This document shows positions 19,296-32,600 of a stretch of DNA of 64,000 bases, piece by piece. The translations under genes were made by a program, and so were the position numbers. The notes under the pieces were generated by a model, which was not told where the DNA came from, did not search any database, and saw only the letters and a program-made list of their open reading frames with translations. Within the stretch, counting starts at the first letter, position 1, and each line of letters opens with the position of its first letter. The DNA is taken from NCBI GenBank assembly GCA_000146465.1, contig CP001942.1; one strand, given 5' to 3'.

Positions 19296-20447
19296 ATGGG
19301 AAGCCAGCTTTGGGCTGAGAGGTATAGGCCTAGGAAATACACAGAGCTGGTGTTCAAAGGAGATGTCCATCACGATGCCCTAAAATGGCTAAAGGACTAT
19401 CCAGAGCATGGAAAGATCCTCTTGCTGCGGGGACCCTCAGGGACTGGCAAGACTTCATTGGCATATGTTCTTTCATCTGCACTTGGATTCGATCTTGTTG
19501 AGTTCAATGCAGACAACGATCCTGACTGGATGGATAGGATGCTTAACAGCAACAGGATTATTAATGGAAGAAAAAATATAATTCTTGTCGATGAAATAGA
19601 CGGGAACCCATTTCTAAATGTGGATAAGCTGATATCTTCTCCGAAGTTAGTTTGTCCTCTAGTGATGACGTCTAACGAAATGTGCCTGAAAGATGTTTAC
19701 ACTGTGGAGATTCAAAGACCAGGATTTGAAGAAGTCAGAAGAGGGATAGAAAAGATTTGTAAGGAACAAGGAATCAGTATTGAGAACTCCATTCTGTCGC
19801 AGATGGCCTCAGAATCGGGAGGAGATCTTAGAACAATAATAAATCATCTTCAAATACATGGGAAAAGGCTAAAAAGCTCAGGCTATCTAGGAATTCACAA
19901 AACAAATACAATAAGCCAACACAAAGCGGCAGAGCTTATTCTGTCAAGAAACATAGGATGGAAAGCGTATGAAGATATATATTCCAGTAGTGTCCTGTCT
20001 CTATGCCACAGTTCGTTCCCATACAATACAAATATGATGAAATGCATTGCAGATATAAGTGAGGCCACGTCAATTGCGGACCTCCTCCCTGAGGAATTCA
20101 AGTATATAGCCCTGTCGAAGTACGGCACCTGTAATAACAGAAAGCCCAACATACAGGGAATAGAGTATTATAATGAGCCTAGAAGCGATCTTCTAAAAGA
20201 GACGGTCCTTCCATTTTTCAAAAAATATGATCTGAATAGGTCGGACAGAAGAAGTCTAAACCATCTTAAGGAAATAGTGAAGACATATGGCATCAAAGAT
20301 GTGAAGCTGAAGGAAGAGAACTTAACAGAAGTGGGTGGAAGTAAGGCTTCTAAGAAATTCAAATTTAAATACAAGTCCGGGTGTTCGGTGGCATTTCGAA
20401 GGGACGTAACAATGGACGATATCATGGATTGGTTTTTTAAGTCTTAG
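19296..20447 (+). CDS. Replication factor C large-subunit-like AAA+ ATPase (RFC1/Ctf18/Elg1 family)
   Basis: 383 aa. WAERYRPRKYTELV (RFC box II-like), Walker A LLLRGPSGTGKTSLA followed by FNADND (the RFC1-type ELNASD), and Walker B ILVDEIDG. Confidence 0.7.
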   Translation: MGSQLWAERYRPRKYTELVFKGDVHHDALKWLKDYPEHGKILLLRGPSGTGKTSLAYVLSSALGFDLVEFNADNDPDWMDRMLNSNRIINGRKNIILVDEIDGNPFLNVDKLISSPKLVCPLVMTSNEMCLKDVYTVEIQRPGFEEVRRGIEKICKEQGISIENSILSQMASESGGDLRTIINHLQIHGKRLKSSGYLGIHKTNTISQHKAAELILSRNIGWKAYEDIYSSSVLSLCHSSFPYNTNMMKCIADISEATSIADLLPEEFKYIALSKYGTCNNRKPNIQGIEYYNEPRSDLLKETVLPFFKKYDLNRSDRRSLNHLKEIVKTYGIKDVKLKEENLTEVGGSKASKKFKFKYKSGCSVAFRRDVTMDDIMDWFFKS

Positions 20448-21582
20448 ATTCGTCTAGGTCTTTTTCTAGCAAGGAATAAATGAGTTCTGTAAGTTCTTTT
20501 GGATTTATAACAGATTTATGGTACAAGACAAGAAGTAAGTCTACTACTGAGGGACTTTTCCTTTCTTGCCTAACAAACTTAGCTATATCATCCATGAATA
20601 CGTTTCCATGTAGAGTAAGGGTGTTCCACTTTTTCATCAAAGCAAGGGAATTCTCTGGAAGTTCTGACTCTGATTCTATGTTTCTATTTATCAGGGTTGA
20701 AAGGGTATCTATCGACCAGACTCCGGCGGCAAAACTCTCAGATGTTTTCTGGTCCGTTGGATCTTTTCTTGATTCTAGTCCTTTTCTTCTATATCTTCTG
20801 GAAAGATAAGTCAAGGTTCTAGAGGCTTCCGGGGCTTCTGCCTCGGATTTCTTAAGGTAAAGAGACTTTTCTTTCTGTATGCATTCATATCCAGAGTGTA
20901 TGCGGCTAATATGGAACACCAGAGAGTCAATAGATTCAAACTCCTTAATACAGAAAACACAACAAAAACCATACACACAATACTTTTCCCCTTCAATTTC
21001 AAAATTGAGAACATGTTTAGACCGTCTTCCTACATCGCTTGAGAAGCCCCAATAATAATGAAGAAGACCTTTGCTCTTACTTTTGATATTTATGGACTTG
21101 AGTACTAGATCGTGAGAAGGTTCCCTGTCCATTCTGTAGAATCCGTCCTCATGGAATAGCTCGATCCTATACAAAGGCACTTTGGAATCTCTAAGAGAAT
21201 GGCATCCACTAAAATGAGCGTGATACACAGAAGCTTTTCCATCCATATCTACAATAAACATATAGAGAACAGTCTTATCATGGCACGAAAAGTTTGTCAT
21301 TCTAGTTTTCTGTACTTCTCTAATAGAATAGCAATCGCCTGCTTCCAGGGCAGACGAAAAGTTTATTCCAGATCTAACTCCATCATTCCAATGGTATCCT
21401 CTCACTAGTAGGGTAGCAGGTTGTGGCTTCCCAACTCTGGGCACAATGGATACCATATAGGACACCGAACATTCCTTTGTATTGTTCAGGAAAACCTTCC
21501 TTTCCTTTTCCATTTTTCTTGGGTGCCTCAATAGAACAGGCGGAAACAAACCAAGACTATTCTCCACAAGCCAATTAATCAT
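20437..21582 (-). CDS. Suz12/EMF2-like protein: C2H2 zinc finger followed by a VEFS-box-like C-terminus (candidate Polycomb PRC2-type subunit)
   Basis: 381 aa. C2H2 finger CVFCIKEFESIDSLVFHISRIH. The C-terminal block LALMKKWNTLTLHGNVFMDDIAKFVRQ...VDLLLVLYHKSVINPKELTELIYSL matches the VEFS-box consensus (MKLWNLHVMKHGFIAD...FMLHL...). Domain order ZnF then VEFS is as in Suz12. The 3' end overlaps the RFC-like gene stop by 11 bp (convergent). Confidence 0.45.
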   Translation of the reverse strand: MINWLVENSLGLFPPVLLRHPRKMEKERKVFLNNTKECSVSYMVSIVPRVGKPQPATLLVRGYHWNDGVRSGINFSSALEAGDCYSIREVQKTRMTNFSCHDKTVLYMFIVDMDGKASVYHAHFSGCHSLRDSKVPLYRIELFHEDGFYRMDREPSHDLVLKSINIKSKSKGLLHYYWGFSSDVGRRSKHVLNFEIEGEKYCVYGFCCVFCIKEFESIDSLVFHISRIHSGYECIQKEKSLYLKKSEAEAPEASRTLTYLSRRYRRKGLESRKDPTDQKTSESFAAGVWSIDTLSTLINRNIESESELPENSLALMKKWNTLTLHGNVFMDDIAKFVRQERKSPSVVDLLLVLYHKSVINPKELTELIYSLLEKDLDESKT

Positions 21583-21653
21583 ACTAATGGGTTGTTTGAG
21601 GTAGAAGAAACTTTATTAAATAGTCTTTACAGGGCTAAACTCAATCAATGTTG

Positions 21654-22784
21654 TCAATGGGGAGAAGATTCAGGAGCTATCGAGAAGATACTCTCGTTGT
21701 CGGAGTAATTTAACGATGTAGGATTTTCAATGTTTTTGTTGTAGAAGTGGCTGTAGACGCTCTGTGCATTCTCAAGTTTTTTTACAAGCCCTATGTTTTC
21801 AGTCTCAAGATCTTTCAATCTGGACTCTTTTGCTTTCAATTCCTCCTTCATCTTTTTCATTTTCTCTTCCATTCCCTTCATCTTCTTCTTGAGGTCCTCG
21901 ATCTCAGCTTTGTACTTCTTGTTGTTCAACCGAAGATCCTTTGACGCTTCTTCATTTCCATTTATTGTGCTCTTCATCTGTGCCATATCATCGTTGTACT
22001 TTCTTATTATCCCATTTGCTGTGTTTAGTTCCTCTTTGAGAGTTTTGTTTTCGTCCTCTATCTCTTGGGCTCTTTCAACAAGCCCTGAGTTCTTCACATC
22101 CTGAAGTTTAAGCTTATCCAGATCATACTGTAGTCTCCCGTTTTCCTTTTCTAAATCATAAACTCTATTGCTCAATCGGTCAACCTCTTCCTTCCGGGAG
22201 TTGTTATTTTCGCTCAGCATCTCATTCTCCTTATATAGCTTATCTATTTTCTTTTGTGAAGCAGAAACTTCCTCTTCCAGGTATCTGATCCTGTCTCTTA
22301 CCTCCTTCTCTCCATTCTTGCACTTGTCTCGAAGCATTCCATTCTCTTTAATAAGCCTCACGTTGTCAGATTCCATTCGGCCTATCATGTCTCCAAGATA
22401 CATCTTGTAATGTGTTTCGTCGGGCTTTGAAAACTTCAATTCTAGCCTGATTATGTTCCTAAAATCATCCTTCTCAACAAACAGAAACTTGTTGGTTTCC
22501 TTCGAAAACAATCCCCTCAGCTTTCCACTGTGCAGGCTATGGAACATTTTCACCAAAATCGATACAAACCTTTCGTAGTCAACAATAATGTCTTGCTCTC
22601 TCTTCATTACATAGAAGTCTCCTGGAGATATTGTGCTGAAGTAGAATGTAAAGATATCTCTTGTATCTATGAGTCGGATCTCAATCTCATCGTCCGAGCG
22701 CACAATGTCACACTTCATCTGCCAAGGTATTTCTTCGTTTGGGCACGATATAGGAATCTTCCCAGTGAAAATCGACTCCCTCAT
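21654..22784 (-). CDS. Coiled-coil protein with an N-terminal head domain of about 150 aa that faintly resembles the XRCC4/SAS-6 superfamily head (PISA-like block)
   Basis: 376 aa. The head contains IEIRLIDTRDIFTFYFSTISPGDFYVMKREQDIIVDYERFVSILVKMF, which is patterned like the SAS-6 PISA motif. About 220 aa of continuous heptad coiled coil follow (LEKENGRLQYDLDKLK...). Confidence 0.3.
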   Translation of the reverse strand: MRESIFTGKIPISCPNEEIPWQMKCDIVRSDDEIEIRLIDTRDIFTFYFSTISPGDFYVMKREQDIIVDYERFVSILVKMFHSLHSGKLRGLFSKETNKFLFVEKDDFRNIIRLELKFSKPDETHYKMYLGDMIGRMESDNVRLIKENGMLRDKCKNGEKEVRDRIRYLEEEVSASQKKIDKLYKENEMLSENNNSRKEEVDRLSNRVYDLEKENGRLQYDLDKLKLQDVKNSGLVERAQEIEDENKTLKEELNTANGIIRKYNDDMAQMKSTINGNEEASKDLRLNNKKYKAEIEDLKKKMKGMEEKMKKMKEELKAKESRLKDLETENIGLVKKLENAQSVYSHFYNKNIENPTSLNYSDNESIFSIAPESSPH

Positions 22785-22849
22785 TTCGGGGTTGGGTTTA
22801 GGTATTCAGTAATATAAGTCTGTTCATCCAAGAACATGTTCTCTACCCC

Positions 22850-24613
22850 ATGGCAGACATCAAGAAGATACACAGACTGCAAGACATCAGCTCTGCTATG
22901 TCATGTCTTGGCATCGATATGCCACAGATAGTAGCAATAGGATCACAAAGCAGTGGAAAGAGTAGCGTGCTAGAGCAGATAATAAAAAGAGAGGTTCTTC
23001 CTCGAGGCACAAACCTAGTGACAAGATGTCCAATTGTCCTACATCTTAGAAGATGTGAAGATGGTGCAGAAGGCGTGGTATTTGATCATCTTGCAGGGTC
23101 TGTTGACTTTGGCACTGCAGGCTCTATAATTATAAAAAGAATGGAAGAAATATGCGGAATCAACAAAGGAATTAGCAGTAGACCAATAACTGCCTTTGTT
23201 AATCTAAAGGACACGCTTGAGATGACTGTGGTCGACCTTCCGGGCCTTATAAAGGTCCCTATTGGAGAGCAGCCCGAAGACATCGAGATACAGGTTGAGG
23301 ACATGGTTCTTGGCTACGCAATGAAGGACTCGTCGATAATCCTAGCTCTTGTAAATGCCAATGCAGACATCGCAACAAATGAAGCACTTAAGATAGCTAA
23401 AAAGGCGGATCCTCAGTTGAAAAGGACTCTGGGTGTGGTTACAAAAATCGATCTAATGGATGCAGGAACAGATTGCATGAACATCCTTTCGAATAGGAAT
23501 CCAAAACTGGCTCTTGGATATATTGGTGTGATAAATAGAGGGCAGCAGGATATTGCCAAGGGTGTATCTATAAACGAGGCTATTCATAAGGAGTCGAAGT
23601 ACTTCAAGGAAAATCCCTTATATGGCAAAATATATCCCAATATAGGGTCGGAATACCTTATAAAGAGACTAAACGAAATATTCTACGAGAAGGCAATGGA
23701 ATCAGTCCCGGGAATTAAGACAGCTGTGAAAAACCAGTTGAACGACAAGGCAAAAAGACTCCATGAAATAGAATCAGGGAATTCTGTGAAAAGGGAGCAG
23801 TCTCTTGTGCTAGATTACCACCAAGCCATTCTGGAAATATTCAGGCACGTTAGGCCGAATGTTGGAGTGTTTTCCAAGAGTTCCTCGGGCTTTTTGAATG
23901 AGCTCAAGAAGGCATTTGAAGAAGATGAGTTTCTTGCAATCTTCGAGGACCTACCCTCCAGGCTTAGCAGATCTTCATACATATTTATATCGGAGGCTGT
24001 TTTCTATGACGTGGTGAGAGAAAACATAAAGAAAATGGCTACAGAATATCTGGAGAAAGTCGATAATATTGTGAAGCTACTCATTAAAGAGATCTGGTCA
24101 ATATCAAGTCCAAGCTTTGCAGTACTCTCCAAGAAACTTAATGGTGTGGTGAGTGAATGCATAGAAGAGCAAAGATGCAAACTAGCCGATAGCATACACT
24201 TATACTCGTCGATCCAGTCGTCGTACATCAATGTAAACCACCCAGACTTTGACAGGCCGAGAGCCCTGAGCCTGATTCTTCGAAAAATACCAAGAAGCGA
24301 ATCCGGTCTTTTGGGGATGTTCAACTCCAAAGAAGTGTCTTTTGAAGACAAGGCCTTTGAAGTGAGACTTATAAAGGAGCTAGCCGGATCCTATCTTAGA
24401 ATTGTAAACAAGGAAATGAGAAATTATGTCCTAAAAGCAATTCATTACTACTTATGTGAGTACATGGATTCTAGGCTTCCTAGCGTTCTTACAGAGCTGG
24501 AAATTGAGGAGACCGAGATGGCCGAGTGTCCTGAGATTGTTGGAGAAAGAAATAGCCTTGCTAAAGACATAGAGATATTGAAGAATGCACTTTCCAGCCT
24601 AAGCGGATTCTGA
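22850..24613 (+). CDS. Dynamin-family large GTPase (Vps1/Dnm1-like)
   Basis: 587 aa. G1 IVAIGSQSSGKSSVLEQI, G3 DLPG, G4 TKIDLMD. The C-terminal GED-like helix region ends with the stop at 24613. Confidence 0.9.
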   Translation: MADIKKIHRLQDISSAMSCLGIDMPQIVAIGSQSSGKSSVLEQIIKREVLPRGTNLVTRCPIVLHLRRCEDGAEGVVFDHLAGSVDFGTAGSIIIKRMEEICGINKGISSRPITAFVNLKDTLEMTVVDLPGLIKVPIGEQPEDIEIQVEDMVLGYAMKDSSIILALVNANADIATNEALKIAKKADPQLKRTLGVVTKIDLMDAGTDCMNILSNRNPKLALGYIGVINRGQQDIAKGVSINEAIHKESKYFKENPLYGKIYPNIGSEYLIKRLNEIFYEKAMESVPGIKTAVKNQLNDKAKRLHEIESGNSVKREQSLVLDYHQAILEIFRHVRPNVGVFSKSSSGFLNELKKAFEEDEFLAIFEDLPSRLSRSSYIFISEAVFYDVVRENIKKMATEYLEKVDNIVKLLIKEIWSISSPSFAVLSKKLNGVVSECIEEQRCKLADSIHLYSSIQSSYINVNHPDFDRPRALSLILRKIPRSESGLLGMFNSKEVSFEDKAFEVRLIKELAGSYLRIVNKEMRNYVLKAIHYYLCEYMDSRLPSVLTELEIEETEMAECPEIVGERNSLAKDIEILKNALSSLSGF

Positions 24614-24650
24614 TTTCCAAAATAAAAGCCCAATGGAATGATTTTTCCTT

Positions 24651-25229
24651 CTAGAACTTGAATTCCTTGGATATAATCTCTTCAATTTCCTTTTTGGACC
24701 TCTCAAGAGAATGAGTGTTGTCGATGACATAGTCGCAGTCTTTCTTGATAGAATCGAATTTTTCATATAACTTCATTCTCCCCTTCACTTCATCCTCCCT
24801 GTTTTTGTTTTCCATCCTCTTCTTTAACCTCTCATAGGCAACATCTTTATCACAATCAATATACACAACAACGAAGTTTGGGTAGTTCTTTCTACAATAC
24901 ATGACTCCATCATATTCCAAATCCATCAATATTGCCTTTTCAGAGACCTTCAGCTGGTCAGAACCTGTTCCATAGTAGTTTCCATTGTATTTGATATACT
25001 CCAAAAGTTCCTGTCTTTTTACCATCGACTCAAACTCTTCTGTTGTCACAAAAAAATAATCCTTTCCATTCACCTCTCCTTTTCTCGGTTGCCTGGTTGT
25101 GTGTGACACCGAAAACCCAAAAGGAAACCTAGATAGAATGTGACTTATGATAGTGGACTTTCCGGATCCACTGGGCCCGGTGAGTACTAGATGTGCCTTA
25201 TCCATGGGCACGAAAAAAACCGAGAACAA
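24651..25229 (-). CDS. GUK1: Guanylate kinase
   Basis: 192 aa. P-loop LVLTGPSGSGKSTI and GMP-binding SHTTRQPRKGEVNGKDYFFV. The true start is probably the internal Met (MDKAHLV...) at about 25205. Confidence 0.85.
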   Translation of the reverse strand: MFSVFFVPMDKAHLVLTGPSGSGKSTIISHILSRFPFGFSVSHTTRQPRKGEVNGKDYFFVTTEEFESMVKRQELLEYIKYNGNYYGTGSDQLKVSEKAILMDLEYDGVMYCRKNYPNFVVVYIDCDKDVAYERLKKRMENKNREDEVKGRMKLYEKFDSIKKDCDYVIDNTHSLERSKKEIEEIISKEFKF

Positions 25230-25264
25230 AAAATGGACTCAATAGATCTCCACAACTAATCCAT

Positions 25265-27631
<2,367 letters not shown>

Positions 27632-27823
27632 TTAGCCTGGGCTTTTTATAAACAAACTTCCACACATGAAGTTGTAGTCTTCTTCATACCTTCCAAAGCC
27701 CATGAAAAACCCCCTGGTCTTTCCAAGAACCAATGCAGTGTGACCACCCCCTCCAGACCGGTTATAGGTGTTTGGTCTGCTTTTTGATCCATCATAATAT
27801 ATGATTGGCTCTACCCTAAAGGA

Positions 27824-29545
27824 ATGGGATGGTATCCAAATCTTCTTTTGCTCTCGGCTTTGATTGTCTTACTTCCAGGATACATCTTCCTTGGGAGACT
27901 AGGAAAGTGCATACTCTATCTCCCTCTCAATAGCATTTCGTTTGTGATCTACTTTAGAATCAGAGCATCCATTGGGAAGAGACATCTCAGTGTTGTTGTA
28001 AATGTGCTCTCAAGACTTGTGAAGTTTGGAGTTGGCGTCCTTTTGTCATACACAACATTGTCTCTGGGAGCAGCCAGATATACCCATGGGCCTTTGATTT
28101 TGGGAGCTCTTCTCCTATCAATAGACCTTGTCAGAGCATATCTCTACGAGTCATCGAAGAAGAGCTTTGAAAACAAGATACTCACGGGAAACTTCATGGA
28201 CATTCTCAAGCTGGAGAAATACATTATATATTCTGTAGAAGGCCCTCAGACAGTGGACCTAAAGAGGAACTTGTCTGTCGACGAATATTTCGATAGGGGC
28301 CGTCCAAAACCTGTAGATGCCAATGAGCTTTTTGACTTATGGAACGACCAAAATCCTTACGAAGACCATGTTTCAGACAGCGATTTCACAGAAGGAAATG
28401 AAAGACTGAAGAAAAGGACCAGAAGAGAAAAGATAAAGATTGATCCAAAGACATACGAGTTCATCGAAGAAAAAAGGAGGTTGTCCTGGAACCTTCTGAA
28501 TATACAGAAAGTAGTCCTTACTCCGGAAGAGAAAATGAGAGAGAGGTTATATGCAATGAATCCATTGGAAATGATACCTAGTCCAGACTGCCAACCAGAT
28601 GTTGAGAGGAAAGACGTTGATGGAGAAGAATGGAAGTTTCTTGAACTAGACAAGAAGAGGGCTAAGAAGATGCCTGCAAGGCCGGGGTTGATAACAGTCG
28701 AGTCTCTCAGCGTGCATTTTGGAGAGAGCCATGCAAAGGAAGCGTATTCGTTGATTGCTTTCAAAAGAGGAGAAAGGATTAATCATGAAATCTTCAAGGA
28801 AAATGCTAGGCAAATAAATGTAGAAAGAAACAACCTATACAGAACGATCATGGACAACAAGAAACTACTGAGGGTTATATGGTTTATTCTGGCACTCCTC
28901 GAAAGTATAGTTGGATACTTGATCACTGCGGTATTCTTCAGGACCAAGCCATTGCTGTTGGAGCTGATCTTTCCGATGGTAGTTGTTCCGGCCCTTCCGA
29001 TGATCAAGATGACGGTGGAGTCATTTCTGTTTATTATATACACCCACCCATACGATCCCGGAGACAGGGTTCATATAGACGGAGAAAATATGGTTGTCCG
29101 GAGGATCTCTTTATTTAGTACTGTGCTTGAGAGTTGGGACGGAATGGAAATAATAATTCCAAATATTGTTATAAGGAAGAAAGCGATTTTGAACATAAGA
29201 AGATCGAAACAGCAGCAATGGAAGCTCTCGATGCTTATATCATCAAAGACGTCGGAAAGAAAGATCGAATTGTTGAGAGAGGCAATCAAGAGGTTTGTAA
29301 GGAGCGACAAGTCCTATATTACTGTAAGTGTAAGCATCTCGGAAATAGTCGATTGTAATCACTTGAGGCTAACGGTGATTGTAAAGCATTCCATAAACTT
29401 TCAAAGTGGATTCTTTATGTGGACAAGCCATACCAAGTTTGTAAACATGCTTCTAGCTATTCTGTGCAAACTTGACATCAGGTTCATTCCACTCACCAAA
29501 GAGATTATGAATCTAGGGCCTACCTATGAACAAGGCATCTCATAA
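27824..29545 (+). CDS. MscS-like mechanosensitive ion channel, paralog 2
   Basis: 573 aa. TM helices, then HPYDPGDRVHIDGENMVVRRISLFSTVLESWDGMEIIIPNIVIRKKAILNIRRS. This block is clearly paralogous to the 17339..19228 gene. Confidence 0.8.
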   Translation: MGWYPNLLLLSALIVLLPGYIFLGRLGKCILYLPLNSISFVIYFRIRASIGKRHLSVVVNVLSRLVKFGVGVLLSYTTLSLGAARYTHGPLILGALLLSIDLVRAYLYESSKKSFENKILTGNFMDILKLEKYIIYSVEGPQTVDLKRNLSVDEYFDRGRPKPVDANELFDLWNDQNPYEDHVSDSDFTEGNERLKKRTRREKIKIDPKTYEFIEEKRRLSWNLLNIQKVVLTPEEKMRERLYAMNPLEMIPSPDCQPDVERKDVDGEEWKFLELDKKRAKKMPARPGLITVESLSVHFGESHAKEAYSLIAFKRGERINHEIFKENARQINVERNNLYRTIMDNKKLLRVIWFILALLESIVGYLITAVFFRTKPLLLELIFPMVVVPALPMIKMTVESFLFIIYTHPYDPGDRVHIDGENMVVRRISLFSTVLESWDGMEIIIPNIVIRKKAILNIRRSKQQQWKLSMLISSKTSERKIELLREAIKRFVRSDKSYITVSVSISEIVDCNHLRLTVIVKHSINFQSGFFMWTSHTKFVNMLLAILCKLDIRFIPLTKEIMNLGPTYEQGIS

Positions 29546-29682
29546 AAGTGGAAGATTTTTGAAGTGTCCAAAAATGTTAATCTGAAACGGAGCCTTCTCG
29601 AAGAATGGGATGATTCGATTTGTCAACTTCAGGTCATCAAGATGTTTTGAAAGAAAATAAAACCCATTGAAACAAACCCTAA

Positions 29683-32600
29683 ATGGAAGAGTTTTCGACG
29701 ACCAGCAACAGAAGAGAGAAACTATCGAAACCTCTTCTGCCCGAGGATATTCCAAAGAGAGTGGATGAACCCCAGCTCAAGATCCACGAAAGGAGTGTGG
29801 AGGAATTCCAGGACATTTTGGATATCGAGCCGAAGGAGGGGCTTTTTTTTTATATAAGGATTCCTGGATTAATCTTTGTAGGGTCTGTTGTAGGTTATAT
29901 AATAGGGAAGATGGGATTTAGCATTGTCAATTTGTTTTTTGTTGGATATGTGATTTTCTTCATATATAATCGAAAGGTTGAAAGATTCACTCGGAGTCTT
30001 AAATCGCTTGTGTATCATAGTGCAAGGAGGGAGAAGGCCCGAAACAATGGAGAGACTGTTGAATGGTTGAACTATGCTCTTAAAAAGTTCTGGGAAGTTG
30101 CTGAGCCTGTTATATCTGCAGAGGTGTACCAACAGGTCAACAATGAACTCCTCAAGGTTTCTCCGCCCTTTCTTAATGGACTAAGGTTAATTGAATTCAC
30201 CCTTGGAAGCCGTTCACCGTTTATAGAGGGCATATCCTACATAAGCATGGACGGAAATACTCTTGCAATAGAAGTGGAGGTAGCTTTTGTGCCTCTGGAA
30301 ATAAGCAGGGATGTAGTCAACTACCTGGAGAACGATAGTAAAAATTGGAACTCTAAGATTCAGCTGTCGGCCCGGGTTGGAACAAGAAATGGAATAGGAA
30401 TCAACCTTCCAATTCTTGTCAAAGAGCTGTTTTTCAAAGGGAGGGTCAGAATTGTTGCCAACCTATTTTCGAAGAACATGTTTGTCAAAGACGTAGAGAT
30501 TTGTTTGATGGACAGCCCGGAGTTTGACTTTACTCTTGTCCCCTTGAAGATGGTGGACATAATGGATGTTCCTGGACTCAGCAGATGGATAAGAAGTATA
30601 ATCAACTCCTCGTTGGCTACAACTGTTATTAATCCAAACTCAATGACCATCGACGTGGATAGGATCTCAAAAGACAAGGGAAAGATTATTGGAGTTGTGT
30701 GTCTTCAGATACTCAATCTAGAAAACGAGGACGACGAAAGATTGACTGTGGAAATAGACGTGGATGGCAGAGTTGGATACCAAACGAGATATGGAGAGGG
30801 GAAAGGGATTGTTTACAATGAGCATTTCTATATGCCTATTGAAAATGTTGACTCAAGAATTGGATTATCTCTAAGAAGCGAATCAAGAAAGACCAGGAGA
30901 AGGAACGGGTCGATATTCTTGAAGAACCTTCCTCTGGATAAGATTGAGGAGTCTGTGGACAATGAATGGTATGAGCCAAGGAGAACCTTTTTCTGTTCGA
31001 CAAGGTTAGTTAAGGATGAACAGACATATTCTTTTGTGAACACGAACTTGCAGTTTTACCCGATACAGAAGGAAAGGAGTAACAGTGGAATTGTCAAGAT
31101 GACACTTGTAGGAATTGAGGATCTTCGAGGAAACAAGGCCTCTAAGGCATATACATATTCTACATTCTGTACAGTAATTGTATCACCTATCAACCGAGAA
31201 GAATCCAGCATTCCAATAGGCTTTATCGAAAACACAGTTAGTGCAACGGCAATGATGATGAGTGGAATTGTCAAGACAACAGGGAATATGATCTCAAACA
31301 TTATTCCCGGAATCGAGACGACCACAACGAGGCTTCTACCTTCGTCGAAGAACACTTTCTATGTATTTGAGTCGAAGAGGATATTCGGGACAAACTCGCC
31401 TATTTACAACGAAAGCTTCACATTCTTTTGCAGAGATATCCAAGTTGATGTGGTGTCCATCTGCGTGATGAATGACAAGACAAGTGAAGTGATAGGAAGA
31501 GTGTCGATTCCTGTGAGAGATATCCATTTCAACAAAAAAGAGAAGTATAAACTGAACGACGCTCACAGTGGCCGAATGGAGCTTTCATTCACGATTGATT
31601 ATGTGGACATGGTTGATAAAGAGATAGGATTTGTAGACTACGAGAGGATGTTGAAGATCTCTGTGGATTCTATGAATGAGAAGGGAGTCTACTACGCGAT
31701 ATTTGAGACTAACACAGACTGCTTCAGGATGGAGACGTTTACATCAGCACTGCCTATTAAGAGAAGAATTTATGTTCCTGTGCAGAAGGAAAATAGCTTA
31801 AGATTTAGGCTTTACAAGGAAACAATCAATGGGGATGTGTTTATTGGAGAGGACAAGATAAATTGCAGTCCCTGCGATGGAGTTAGGCGGGAAGCCTTCT
31901 TACTCGACGAACAAATAAGCCTGACCCTTAGCATTGAGGAGGAATCTCTTCGAGACTACTCAGGGGCTCCTGATGAAAAGAACAATATCAAGGTAATACA
32001 GGCAAAGTTTGGAAAGTTCTATGGGTATAGCCAGGAAATGTTTATTGAGTTTTCCAACAAGTATGGGGCGATTGGAGCTTCGGGATTTACCCGAGGAGGG
32101 AAGCTTAATGACACATTCACATTTATTGCGGGAAATGAGGAGATATATGCTATTATCAAAAGCGGAGACCAGACCGTCAACCAAACACTAGGACAATGTA
32201 TAATTCCAAAGAGGACCTTAAAAGAGAAGGTTATGCTTAATGAGCATGGACTGTCGGTAGACATGGAAGTAAAGATTCAAGGATGCTCATACAAACCGGC
32301 TTCTATGTTGAAGACCGGATATCTCGAAGTTTACATTAAGAATGGGAGCAACATCAGGTCGTCAGTCCAGAGCCCGATTGACACTTACTGCAAGATTCTT
32401 GTCAACGAGACCAAAGTATATACAACAAAACCTGTACGTAAAAACAACAATCCTGTCTTTAATGAGTCATTTATAATGGAAATAGACAAAACAAAGGATG
32501 TGTTTGGGATACAAATATGCGACTACAATGTCTCGGAGAGAAATGCACTTTTGTATTACACCGAATTTTCCTTGCACAACCTGTCTGAAGGGTTCAGCGA

